A DNA stretch of 64,000 nt, taken from Methanobacteriota archaeon. GTDB lineage: Archaea > JAADCQ01 > Methanopyri > Methanopyrales > Methanopyraceae. The stretch is from positions 192,001 to 256,000 of the forward strand of contig JAMOPO010000015.1 in NCBI GenBank assembly GCA_027064425.1. The letters run 5' to 3'. The position numbers and the translations under genes are program-made. Position 1 is the stretch's first letter. Every line of letters starts with the position of its first letter. Below are positions 48,410 to 57,894 of this stretch, one piece after another. The notes under the pieces were generated by a model. That model had not been told where the DNA came from and searched no databases. It saw only the letters and a program-made list of their open reading frames with translations.

Positions 48410-49295
48410 GTGAGCCTCTCCATCCGTCGCCGAGCTGAGGGACGTGACCGTCCGCTTCGGAGACGTGACGGTACTGCGAGCCGTGGATCTCACGGTCGAG
48501 GAAGGCGAGTGCCTGGTTCTCTTGAGCCCGAACGTGTCGGGAAAAACCACCCTGTCGCGCGTCGTCGCGGGGGAGCTCGAGCCCTCCGAGGGGGAAGTCC
48601 GCGTCTTCGGCGAGGTCCTCCCGAAGGCTGGCCGGCCGCGTGGGCTACGTGCCGCAGGAGCGCCTCCATTACGGGTACCTCACGGCCCTGGAGAACCTCC
48701 GCTTCTTCGCGACCATGTACGGGACGTCTAAGGACCGCGTCCGTGAGCTCGTCCAGCGGTTTGGCCTTCCGGACCGGCGGGAGGACCGGCTGAGCGGGGG
48801 GCTACCGGCGGAGACTCAGCCTGGCGATCGCCCCCTGCCGAACCCCAACCTGCTGATCCTGGACGAGCCCACGGAGGGCCCCCGACGTCAAGTCTCGGCG
48901 CGAGCTCTGGGAGCTCCTTGAGGGGCTGAAGTATGGTCGCGCCCTGCTGGTCGCGACTCATGACATGGAGGGGGCGGAGCTCCTGGCCGATCGGATCGCC
49001 GTGATCCACGAGGGGGGAGATCGTCGCAGTCGGCACGCCCGAGGAACTTCGGCGGGAGGTGAGTGGCGAGCCCGTGATCGTGGTGAAGGGAGCCATCCGG
49101 GGCGAGGAGGAGCTCCCGTTTACGGCGGTGCGGAGGGGGGCGACGAGCTGGAGTCCACGTGGAGAATCCCGACCGTGACCTTGTGAGGGTCGTGGAGGCG
49201 CTGCAGAGGGCAGACTCTCAGATCGGGGGGTCCGGGTGGAGGAGACCTCGCTCGAGGACGCGTTCGTCAGGCTGACCGGGGTCGAGCCGGCTTGA
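48410..49295 (+). pseudogene. ABC transporter ATP-binding subunit pseudogene
   Basis: Degenerate Walker A SPNVSGKTT, GYVPQE, LSGG, LLILDEPT, ATHDM and ETSLEDAF spread over several frames. Confidence 0.85.
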
Positions 49296-50397
49296 ACTCT
49301 CGGCGCGTCCTGGCGGTCGCGGTCAAGGACGTCAGGGGGAACACTCCGCGATCGGTCCGCGGTCTTTTGGGTGTTCGTGTTTCCGATCCTCCCGCTCACG
49401 GTGTTCAAGTTCAGTTCGGCGGGAGTCACCGGCTCCGCGCGGACGTGGGCGTGGTCACGTACGGCTCGAAGATCGCGGAGGCCTTCGTGGAGGGTCTGAA
49501 GGGCTCGAAGGAGCTGCACGTTAGGACGCTGTCCGACGAGCGGGGGGTCCTCCGCCTGCTGAAGCGGGCGACCTGGACGCGGTGATCACGTTCCCCGCGG
49601 GTTCGACCGCGCGGTCCGGGAGGGGAGCGACCGCGGGTAAAGGTGTACGTCGACCACACGGATCCGCGGGAGTACAAGGCGGTGAAGGGAGCGGTGATCG
49701 GCGCGCCGGAGGGGTTGAAGCGAGATACGCCGAGAGGTTCCAGCTCCGTACGTGGAGTTCGTCGAGGCGTACGCGAAGCCCTTCCGCGTGGACGTGCACG
49801 GGGCGACGCGGGCGGTGATGAAAGGCTTCTTCCCGCTCGCGTTCATCAGCGTGCAGTTGCTGTTCGCAGCGTCGGCGGCGATGCTGACGCTGGACGAGCT
49901 GAGGACGGGTACGCTTCGGCAACTGGCGACCACCCCGGTCTCACCTGGGAGTTCCTGGCCGGCAAGTACCTGGCCACGGCCGTCATCGTGGTGCTAGGCA
50001 CCCTGCTGGGCGTCGCCTACTCGTGCGTGGCCCTCGAAATTCGGTACCTACCCTCGTCCGAGGGCTGAGCCCTCGTGCTGCTGGGAACCGTGGCCTCGAC
50101 GGCCGTCGGCGTCCTGGTGGCGCTGCGTGCCGGGAAGAGAAGTCAGCGAGCGCCATGCTCAACGCCATCGGGATCCCCGCCACGCTCCTCGGGGCGGTCG
50201 TGATCCCGGAGAACCTGGTGCCGGAGGTCGCGCTCAAGGTCCTCCACTGGTACCTTCCCGTAACGTTCGTGCACGCGCTCCGGGCGGCGGACCTGCACGG
50301 TAAGCCGGTGGCGACGGACGTGGTCGTGGGGACGACCGCCACCGCCGCGGTCTTCGCGACGTCGGCCCTGGCGTTCCGGCGGGCGACGAGGGGTTAG
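49292..50397 (+). pseudogene. ABC-2 type permease pseudogene
   Basis: Fragments DELRTGTLRQLATTP, EFLAGKYLA and LPVTFVHALR in different frames. Confidence 0.8.
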
Positions 50398-50465
50398 GCG
50401 ACCTGGCGGCCCCGAACCGTCAGTGATTTCCGTCTGATTATCATCATGACCCAGGGGGCCGGAGT

Positions 50466-51932
50466 TTGCGGCTCCTCACTGCTCTCTTGATGCTCCCTTT
50501 GCTGCTCGCGCCCGAAGCCTCCTCAGCCGAGGTCCACACCCTGAGGATCGGCCTCGCGGAAGGGCCGGCACAGGTCATCGTCCCGGACCCGGACTTCGGG
50601 CAGGTCGAGTTCGGCCGCGACGTGGACGGGGACGGTCGGCCTGACCACACCTGGTGCGGCGAGGTGGCCGTGCTCACAATGTACAACGTCGCGGTAGCCC
50701 GGGGGATTTGGGAGCCCATCCTCGGGGAGGTCCTCACGCCGGAGGCGCTCGAGGTCGCGGAGGTCGAGTTCTGGAGGGCCACGGGGCTGAAGACTGAGTC
50801 GGAGCGTGACGCGGGCGTGTACCCGTACGCCATCTTTGCCGTGGCCGGCGGGAACGTAGGGGTCATCGTCTGGAGGTCGAAGGGGTCGCCGGACCCGAAG
50901 CGCAGGCTCCACGTGCCCCACGCGGTGGTCGTGCTGGGCGCGACGGAGGACGGGACCGAGTTCGTGGTCAAGGATTGCTCGTTCCTGGACCCCTTCAACC
51001 CGACCAACCCGATCGCCAACTACATGGACTACATGGAGATCAGCCGAGAGTACCTGGTCTGGAAGATGGTGCCAGTCATCAACGCGGCCATCCAGGCCGG
51101 CGCGAGCCTTCCCACCCGGTCGCCGGGCACCATCCTGCCGTGGGCGACCCCGGTCCGGATCACGTGCGACTGGCGCGCGGCGATCGCGTACTTCCCGCTG
51201 CCGAGATCTCCGAACGACCTGCCGCGGGAGCTTGCCTGGCTCCGGGAGGGGCTGCACGAGGTCCGGAGCTACCGTTGGTGCGTGGGCGGTAGGGTCGTCG
51301 AGATCACAGTTTACGGGTACAGCGTGTCGTCCGTGGAGGAGCTTGTGGACGTCGTCCGGAAGCTCGCGCTCGCCGGGGTCCCGGTCGTGTGCAAGATCGA
51401 CCTGCCCTTGGGGGCGCATGGCACCGACGAGACGCCGCCGCCCGAGTTCATGAGGGGGCGCGGCTGGGAGTGCGGGTACGTTGGCATGGAGATCCTGGAG
51501 CGCGTGAGGGGTGAGGAGGGCACCGGCGAAGAGGAGCCCGGCGTGGTCAGCGGGGTGTCCGGAAGCCAAGGAGGGCCGTCCGGGTACGTGGGGGAGCGGG
51601 CGTCGGAAGGTGAGGGCTGGGGTGAGGGCGCGTCGAACGGTGCGGCGGAGCGGGGCGCGACCGTAAGCCAGGGGACCGCGGTCACGCGCGTGGTCTGGAA
51701 TTACTATCACGGTCCGAGTCCAGGGTCGGAGCGGTCCTCGAAGGGCTCGAAGGGCGAGTCGAAGGGGCACGCGGTGAGCGGCGTGGGCGCGCCCGAGCCC
51801 TCATCGGAGCGGAAGTCGCGGAGGCGCGGCGTTCCGGTGCTGCCCGTGGCGGTGGCGGCAGTGATCGCCCTCCTCGCCCGCCGCATCAATAACCCCCGGC
51901 CGGTGTACGGATACGGCCACGTTCCCGGGTGA
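50466..51932 (+). CDS. Secreted C39-like/papain-fold peptidase candidate with C-terminal anchor
   Basis: Signal peptide; WCGEVAVLTM (Cys), HAVVVLG (His) and VVKDC (Asp); G/S/E linker; VPVLPV-TM-RR. Confidence 0.65.
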   Translation: MRLLTALLMLPLLLAPEASSAEVHTLRIGLAEGPAQVIVPDPDFGQVEFGRDVDGDGRPDHTWCGEVAVLTMYNVAVARGIWEPILGEVLTPEALEVAEVEFWRATGLKTESERDAGVYPYAIFAVAGGNVGVIVWRSKGSPDPKRRLHVPHAVVVLGATEDGTEFVVKDCSFLDPFNPTNPIANYMDYMEISREYLVWKMVPVINAAIQAGASLPTRSPGTILPWATPVRITCDWRAAIAYFPLPRSPNDLPRELAWLREGLHEVRSYRWCVGGRVVEITVYGYSVSSVEELVDVVRKLALAGVPVVCKIDLPLGAHGTDETPPPEFMRGRGWECGYVGMEILERVRGEEGTGEEEPGVVSGVSGSQGGPSGYVGERASEGEGWGEGASNGAAERGATVSQGTAVTRVVWNYYHGPSPGSERSSKGSKGESKGHAVSGVGAPEPSSERKSRRRGVPVLPVAVAAVIALLARRINNPRPVYGYGHVPG

Positions 51933-52021
51933 CGAGGCCCGCTTTGCGACCGTCAAGTCCTTCGCCTTCCATCGCTCGAGCTCGAGTCGTGCGCTCGGAA
52001 CCCGGTGCTTGTCCTCGGGGG

Positions 52022-52609
52022 CTAACGGGACAGCAGCCTGCGGAGTACCCGCTCGGTGAACCAGGCTTTCCAGGGTCCGAGCACGGTCCTCGCGAACCTG
52101 GGCGCTCGGTCGAGGAGGTCGCGGAGTTGGGGTAGCCCCGCGGGCTCGAGGTCGAAGGCGAGGGCGAGGGTGCGGGCGATTAGCCGGCGTGGATTCTCCG
52201 ACTTGTGAGCCTCCCGCACGATCCGCTCGAGCGCGGCTCGAAGGTGCCGCACCGCGAGTCGAGCAAGGTCGAGCACGGTCCTCCTCGACTGCTCGGCGAG
52301 CCACTCCACGAACTCCACGCTCGGGCCCGACTTGCCCAGGTAGATCAAGCGCGGGCGCCGGCGCCCCGGAGTCCGCTTGAAGTACGCCACGAAGTACGGT
52401 CCGTACGTCTTCCCGCCGATCTTGCGATACGTCTCTCGCAGCTCGGGCTTGACCTGTCGGCGGTACGCTTCACGCAGCACGCGCAGGCACCGAATCCGCT
52501 CCACGGGATCCGCCGGCAGCGGAGCCCCCCACCAGGACACGCCCGCCACCCCGAGCCAGCACTCGCCCCCCTTGTAACCGGGCGCAGGTAAAAACGTTCC
52601 GATGCCCAC
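52022..52609 (-). CDS. Basic protein with GPY motif (Methanopyrus DUF1678-like / mobile-element-type DNA-binding)
   Basis: YRKIGGKTYGPYFVAY...LIYLGK motif; Arg-rich. Confidence 0.6.
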   Translation of the reverse strand: MGIGTFLPAPGYKGGECWLGVAGVSWWGAPLPADPVERIRCLRVLREAYRRQVKPELRETYRKIGGKTYGPYFVAYFKRTPGRRRPRLIYLGKSGPSVEFVEWLAEQSRRTVLDLARLAVRHLRAALERIVREAHKSENPRRLIARTLALAFDLEPAGLPQLRDLLDRAPRFARTVLGPWKAWFTERVLRRLLSR

Positions 52610-53059
52610 CGACCCGCCTCGGAAGCCTTCAAGCGGGCGACTGGCGGCTCACCTTCGAGGTTACAAATCCTCTGGAACCGGCCCTAACCCTGGGGAGGAT
52701 AGCCAACCAGCGCTGAGTGGCCCGTCCCCGGGCCAACGATATTTCGAAACGAAACTTGGATGTGAAGTTTGGAGGCTTCAGATGCACCACCGAGGCGTGC
52801 GCTTTTCCCTGAGTGCCTGGAGCCTCGTTACCACATGGAACGGCCGCACTTCGACGGAGCTTCGCGTCGGGATCGCATCACCCAGGTGGCTGGAAGACCG
52901 CAGTGTCCAGGTCGAACGCGCGCCGCTGGGCGCTCGGAGCCCTCGATTACAATCCCCCTAGCGTCGGTCGGGTCCGGCGCGGTCGCGAGCGCGACACCCG
53001 GGTGAGCGCTGAGAGCCGACGATGATCCGGGGACGACGGTCAACTGGGGGCGGCAGACC

Positions 53060-54187
53060 GTGCTTCTTCGGGACTGGGACTGGAGGGAGGTGGCGGTGAA
53101 AATCGCGCGGGCCGCGCGCGAGGTCCTGGGCGAGGACGCCCGGGTTTACGTCTTCGGCAGCGCGGTTAAGGGCGAGACAACGGCGGCCTCTGACCTGGAC
53201 GTGGCCGTGGTCGTCGAGGACGAGGGCTGCGTTGACCCCGGGAAGGCGGCCGCCGAGATCCTGAACCGGGCGGGCGTGGACCCGTTCGCCCCCGTGCACC
53301 TCCACGTGGTGACCCGGGAGGCGTTCGAGCGCGATCCGCCCGACGCGTACGTCGAGGTGAGGCCGGATGGCACCCTCCGCGAGCACGGCGAGCCCGAGAC
53401 GCCGGGACGCTCGGCGTCCGTGGTCAGGGCCTTATGGAGGTCCGGGCTCGCGCTGCTTGAGGCCGCCGAGGGACTCCCGCCGCTTGCCGGCCTCGCCGCC
53501 GCCCGCGAGGGGATGAGACTCTGCCTCAGGGCGGCGAGCCTCGCGCTGGCTGGGTCACCGTCCAAGGATCCGAAGGACCTGCCGGGGAGCGCCGCCCGAG
53601 GGGCCAAGGAGGTTCTGAGGAGGCTGGAGCGGCGCCTGAAGGTCGCCCGAGAGGGTGAGGAGCCGAGCCTGGAGGAGCTCTCGGAGCACCTCGATGAGTG
53701 TCTGAAGGCCGTGAGGGCGCTCGCCCGGAACCTCCCCGTCGAGCTACCCGCGGGAGGTGAAGAGATGAGCGTAGACGTCGAAGAAATGGTGAGGATGGCT
53801 AAGTGGAAGCTCTCGGAGGCCAAACGCGCACTGCGGGAGGGTCTCGGATCGCTCGCGGTCGCCGAGGCCCACCAGGCCCTCGAGCTCCTGATCAAGGCCA
53901 CGCTCCGGGAGCTGGACGTCAAGCCGCCGAGGACCCACGATCTCAGGCAGCTCCTGGGCGTGCTTGCGATGAAGCTGCTGGACATGGAAGAAGGAGACCT
54001 GGCGGTTGAGGTCCGGCGGATCGCCAGGGAGCACCGCGACGCGCTGGCTTCGCTCCTGGAGGGATACTTCTCCCGGTTCGAGCCTCCCTTCGAGGGAGAC
54101 GCGGAGGAGGTCGTGAAGAAGGCCGAGGAGGTGTTCGAGGACCTCCGTCGCGTTCTGGACGAAGTCCGCGCTGCGGTCGAGGAGTGA
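53060..54187 (+). CDS. Minimal nucleotidyltransferase (MNT) fused to HEPN domains
   Basis: VFGSAVKG...SDLDVAV (MNT); central degenerate HEPN-like helices; C-terminal HEPN AHQALELLIKA...PRTHDL. Confidence 0.85.
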   Translation: MLLRDWDWREVAVKIARAAREVLGEDARVYVFGSAVKGETTAASDLDVAVVVEDEGCVDPGKAAAEILNRAGVDPFAPVHLHVVTREAFERDPPDAYVEVRPDGTLREHGEPETPGRSASVVRALWRSGLALLEAAEGLPPLAGLAAAREGMRLCLRAASLALAGSPSKDPKDLPGSAARGAKEVLRRLERRLKVAREGEEPSLEELSEHLDECLKAVRALARNLPVELPAGGEEMSVDVEEMVRMAKWKLSEAKRALREGLGSLAVAEAHQALELLIKATLRELDVKPPRTHDLRQLLGVLAMKLLDMEEGDLAVEVRRIAREHRDALASLLEGYFSRFEPPFEGDAEEVVKKAEEVFEDLRRVLDEVRAAVEE

Positions 54188-54472
54188 CGTCCAGCTCACC
54201 GTCACCGCGTGGGCACCGGAGTTCTCCGGGGTGTGAGTTTCAGTACCGCGGGCCGCGTTGGGAAGCCGAGCCCGCGGTCCCGAGAAGCGGTTATCGCAGG
54301 CCGTCGACACACTCTCCAAGGTCGGCCATACGTGGGAGGAAGCGGGCGGGGGGTGAGGGACTACCGGCAGGCCCGGGTCACGATCGCGGGGGCTGAGCCA
54401 CGCGAGCGACCGAGAGAGCCCGTGGTGGGGTGGGTGGTTCCGGAGGGTCACCGTTCCCATGGGCGGGTCGAG

Positions 54473-54874
54473 TCACCCCGGTCCATGGTCTTCCTCCAAC
54501 CGCTCGAGCAGCTCAAAGAGCTCCTTGACGGTCTCGACGGCCCACTCTGCGGTTTCTTTAGAGGGTTTCCAGGCACCGTATCGGCACTCGGTGTAGGCCA
54601 CGGCCAGCACGTCGAGCGCCTTCGCGTGCTCGCGGATGAACTCGTCGATGCGCTCGTCCCCGGTAACGTCCCGGAGAACTCCGAGGAGTTCCCGCAAATC
54701 GTGCCCTCGCGCGTGCTCTCCTGTGAGCAGGATCTGGGCGGCCTTGATTCTGAGCTGCGCGGCCTGCTCCGCCATGACCAGCGCCAGGTCGGTGTCACCC
54801 CGCTCCAGGAGCCACCGCGAGGCCTCCAGCGACCCCTCCGCGCGCTCCAAAAGTCTCTTCCTCAGCCTCCTCAT
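54473..54874 (-). CDS. HEPN domain protein
   Basis: AEQAAQLRIKA, RGHDLRELL and Y.ECRY motifs. Confidence 0.88.
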   Translation of the reverse strand: MRRLRKRLLERAEGSLEASRWLLERGDTDLALVMAEQAAQLRIKAAQILLTGEHARGHDLRELLGVLRDVTGDERIDEFIREHAKALDVLAVAYTECRYGAWKPSKETAEWAVETVKELFELLERLEEDHGPG

Positions 54875-54896
54875 CGTGGGCTCCCGGGCACCGGGG

Positions 54897-55262
54897 ATGC
54901 GTCGGAATCTATTGATTCGCCGGGCCCGGATCAACCGCCGGAACTATCGGGAGTTCGTGTCGCGGTGGCGCGAGTGGGGCGAGCGGGTCGCGGAGGTTGC
55001 CCGGCGCCTTCTCGGCGAGGAGACCCGAGTGTTCGTGTTCGGGAGTGCGGTCAAGGGGGAGGCGCTGCCCGGGAGCGACCTGGACGTGCTGATCGTGTCC
55101 GAAGAGGTCCCAAGGGACCTGGAGGATCGGGTAGACCTGATCCGCGAGCTGGAGCGAGAACTCGACCTGCCGGATCATCACCCGATTGAGTTCCACCTCG
55201 CCACCCCGGAGGAGTATGAGGAAGTCTGGCGGATGCTCCTCGACGAGTACGAGGAGTTCTGA
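54897..55262 (+). CDS. Minimal nucleotidyltransferase (MNT)
   Basis: VFGSAVKG...GSDLDVLIV and PIEFHL motifs. Confidence 0.88.
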   Translation: MRRNLLIRRARINRRNYREFVSRWREWGERVAEVARRLLGEETRVFVFGSAVKGEALPGSDLDVLIVSEEVPRDLEDRVDLIRELERELDLPDHHPIEFHLATPEEYEEVWRMLLDEYEEF

Positions 55263-55299
55263 TCGACTGCGGCCGGTGGAGATCGGGAGGTGGGGTGTT

Positions 55300-56103
55300 C
55301 AGGTCAGGCCGGGGCGCGCCAGGTGGAACCTCGCCTCACCGGATCGCCGGCGCCACCGGGGCGGGCACCCCGCGGTGGCCCCGCCCCTCCATGCGGAGCA
55401 CCGTCGGGGTCTGCGCCCTTCCGAGCGCCCTCCTCGTGCTCCACGATCAGGGTGTAAAAACCGGGCCGTCTCGGCGCCCGAAACTCAACGCCACGCACCC
55501 TCTCGAGCCCGTAGTTTTCGGGCAGCCTCACCTCACCCAGCTATCCCGTCAACCCCCGATTGTTCTCCAGCCTGAACCTCAGGACGCCCTCCGACGGGTG
55601 GCCCATGGACCGGTGGTCCAGCGTCGCCAGGTACGGCTGGGCGTACACGACGGTCGTGCCTAGGGATCACCTCGGAGTCCAACTGGACCCACTCCCGCCC
55701 CTCGTCCGGGGAGCTCCCACGTGACTCCCGAGCGGCACACGGGCTTGACCCGCTCCCACCTCGCGTTGGGCACGTTGGCGCCCGTGATCGAAGGGTAAAA
55801 TCGGGACTCGAGCACCTCCGAACCTTCCGGCAGGAGCACGTGCAGCGTCACCGACCTCCCGGGCTCCTTAGCCCGGATGTACGCCCGGTGCTCCGCGATC
55901 ACGTAATCGAGGATCCCCTCTGTGCCGCCGCGTCCCGTGGTTACCGTCTTCTCACGGACGTCCTTGATTACCAGCCAGCTCCGCACTCCCACGCCCAGGA
56001 GCGCTCCCGGGCCCGCCCGGGAGTCGCCGTGGGCGGGTGCCGGCAGGATCAGGGCAATGACCGGGACGATCGCAACCGGGAGCGCTCGCCCACGGTCCGG
56101 CAC
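55300..56103 (-). pseudogene. Truncated/frameshifted secreted protein, paralogue of the 41392 N-terminal module
   Basis: Signal peptide; VTLHVLLPEGSEVL resembles VRVLLPLNSEVL; the frame breaks near 55660. Confidence 0.5.
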
Positions 56104-56327
56104 TCCGTCCGCTGCGCCCAGCCTGCCCGGCCCGACCGCGCGGCCTTCGCTCTGGGGCGCCGAGAGCTTGGCCCGTAGAGGACCCCCTTATCCGGTCGCC
56201 CGGGGTCGAAGCGCTCCCTACCCGGTGCTCGGACCTTCCATCGGGTCAGCACCCAGGTCCCGCGGCGGAGGCTCCTCGGATGGGTAAACCGTCCAGCCGT
56301 CGACACGGCGCGCCGGGGAGCCCGGAA

Positions 56328-57575
56328 ATGAGCGTTGAGGTATCGGTGGCCAGGGAGCTGCTGCGGCTGCTTCGCGGTGCGGAGAGAGAGCTGACGGTCG
56401 TGAGTCCGTGGGTCACCGTCACTCCGAAGGAGCTGTGGGAGTGGCTCCGGGACTATGCCGGCGACCTCCGGCGGTCGGTGGATAGCGAGGACTGGGAGGA
56501 GCTCTTCCGCGCCGAGCGGTCCTACCTGATCTTCGACTACGACGCGACCCGGGAGCACCTGCCTGAGCGGGAGCTTGAGCGGGTCGTGGTTGAGTGGGCG
56601 CGACTGGGGTTCCACGTCCTCGACGTCAGTAGGAGAAAGGACCGTCGCGAGGGGGGAGAGGAGCGCCTCGGGACGCACCTAAAGGTGTACCTCGGCGACG
56701 ACGAAGTCCTCGTCGGGAGCATGAACTTGACGCAACGAGCCCTGGACCGGGCTAGGGATGGTGACGAGATCCTCGTCGGGGTAAGGAAGAGAGACGTCGG
56801 ACGCATCCGAGAATACGTGGTAAAGAGGATTAGGGACCGCGGCAGGACGGTGGCCGTGGGTAACCCAAGGCTGCCGGACGGTCGCTTCAAGGTCTTCCTC
56901 GTGGACAGGGACGAGCGGAACGATGGGGTCGTGCTGAGGGCGGTTAAGCCGAAGGAGCGGAAAAAGTGCTACCGGATACCGATCAGGGAGGGGAGCAAGG
57001 AGGCTGCGGGCTTTGTGCTCGACGGTCGGCTCTACAGGGTCGAAGGGAGGCGGGACTGGGACGTGGTTGATATCGTCGACTGCACCACCGAGGTCAGAGG
57101 GGCGGACGAGCGGGAGGTGGAGGAGGTTCTCAGCCCCTTCGCGTGCATGAGATTGCACGAGTTGGACCCGGAGCAGCTGCGCCTCGTGGAGACCGAGCGA
57201 CGCGAGCTGAGCGCTGCCGGAAGCGTTAGGAGGTACCTGGACGGGTTCGAGAAGGAGTTCGGCGAGATCCGCCGGGTCAAGCGACTGTGGGGGGTCACGC
57301 CGTTCGTCGCGTGGGAGCTTCCCTGGAAAAGAGGACTCCCGTACAGCCCGCCCCGGCGGTGGCGGCGGCTCGTCTACGTGAAGGCTCGACAGGGGAAGGG
57401 TGGGAGGCTGAAGCTGGAGTACGTGGGATGGGCCGGAAGCGGGGAGCGCATCCGTGACCTGCTCCGAGAGGTTCGAGACGCGGCCCTCTCCAAGCCCGGC
57501 GTCACCGTCGACCTGGGGATCGTGGAGACGGACGAGGAGTTGGTGCCGCTGCTGGCCGTGGTTAAGCGGTCGTGA
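56328..57575 (+). CDS. Phospholipase D-family (single HKD) nuclease
   Basis: VVSPWV and HLKVYLGD...GSMNLT (HxK-x4-D...GSxN) motifs; unknown C-terminal domain. Confidence 0.82.
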   Translation: MSVEVSVARELLRLLRGAERELTVVSPWVTVTPKELWEWLRDYAGDLRRSVDSEDWEELFRAERSYLIFDYDATREHLPERELERVVVEWARLGFHVLDVSRRKDRREGGEERLGTHLKVYLGDDEVLVGSMNLTQRALDRARDGDEILVGVRKRDVGRIREYVVKRIRDRGRTVAVGNPRLPDGRFKVFLVDRDERNDGVVLRAVKPKERKKCYRIPIREGSKEAAGFVLDGRLYRVEGRRDWDVVDIVDCTTEVRGADEREVEEVLSPFACMRLHELDPEQLRLVETERRELSAAGSVRRYLDGFEKEFGEIRRVKRLWGVTPFVAWELPWKRGLPYSPPRRWRRLVYVKARQGKGGRLKLEYVGWAGSGERIRDLLREVRDAALSKPGVTVDLGIVETDEELVPLLAVVKRS

Positions 57576-57894
57576 CGGGCCGACGCCGCGGAACGGCTCC
57601 AGGCGCTAACCCGGCCCGTCTGTACGTGTCGGCAAGGATTTCTTCCGGTTTTCTACGCCGTTGACTGGCCTCCTCGGGGCTCGGGAACTGCCTCATCCGG
57701 CTCGGGCGCCCCTCGCCGTCGCGGGGTTGATATGACGATTCTGAAACGGTCTCCGGTTTTTAGAAGCGGGTTGCTTTGATGAGGAAACGGGCTCGGGTGG
57801 CCGGCCCCGGAGCTGGTCCGGTCGCGCTCGGGCTCCGGGCATGGAAAGACTTACTGGCGGGTGCGGAATCGCCGGTGCCCGGAGGTGACGCGCG

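Noticed and set aside
57720-57790. Two loosely similar GCGGGTTG...GAAACGG segments as a mini-CRISPR
   Set aside because: Only two degenerate copies with no consistent repeat length.
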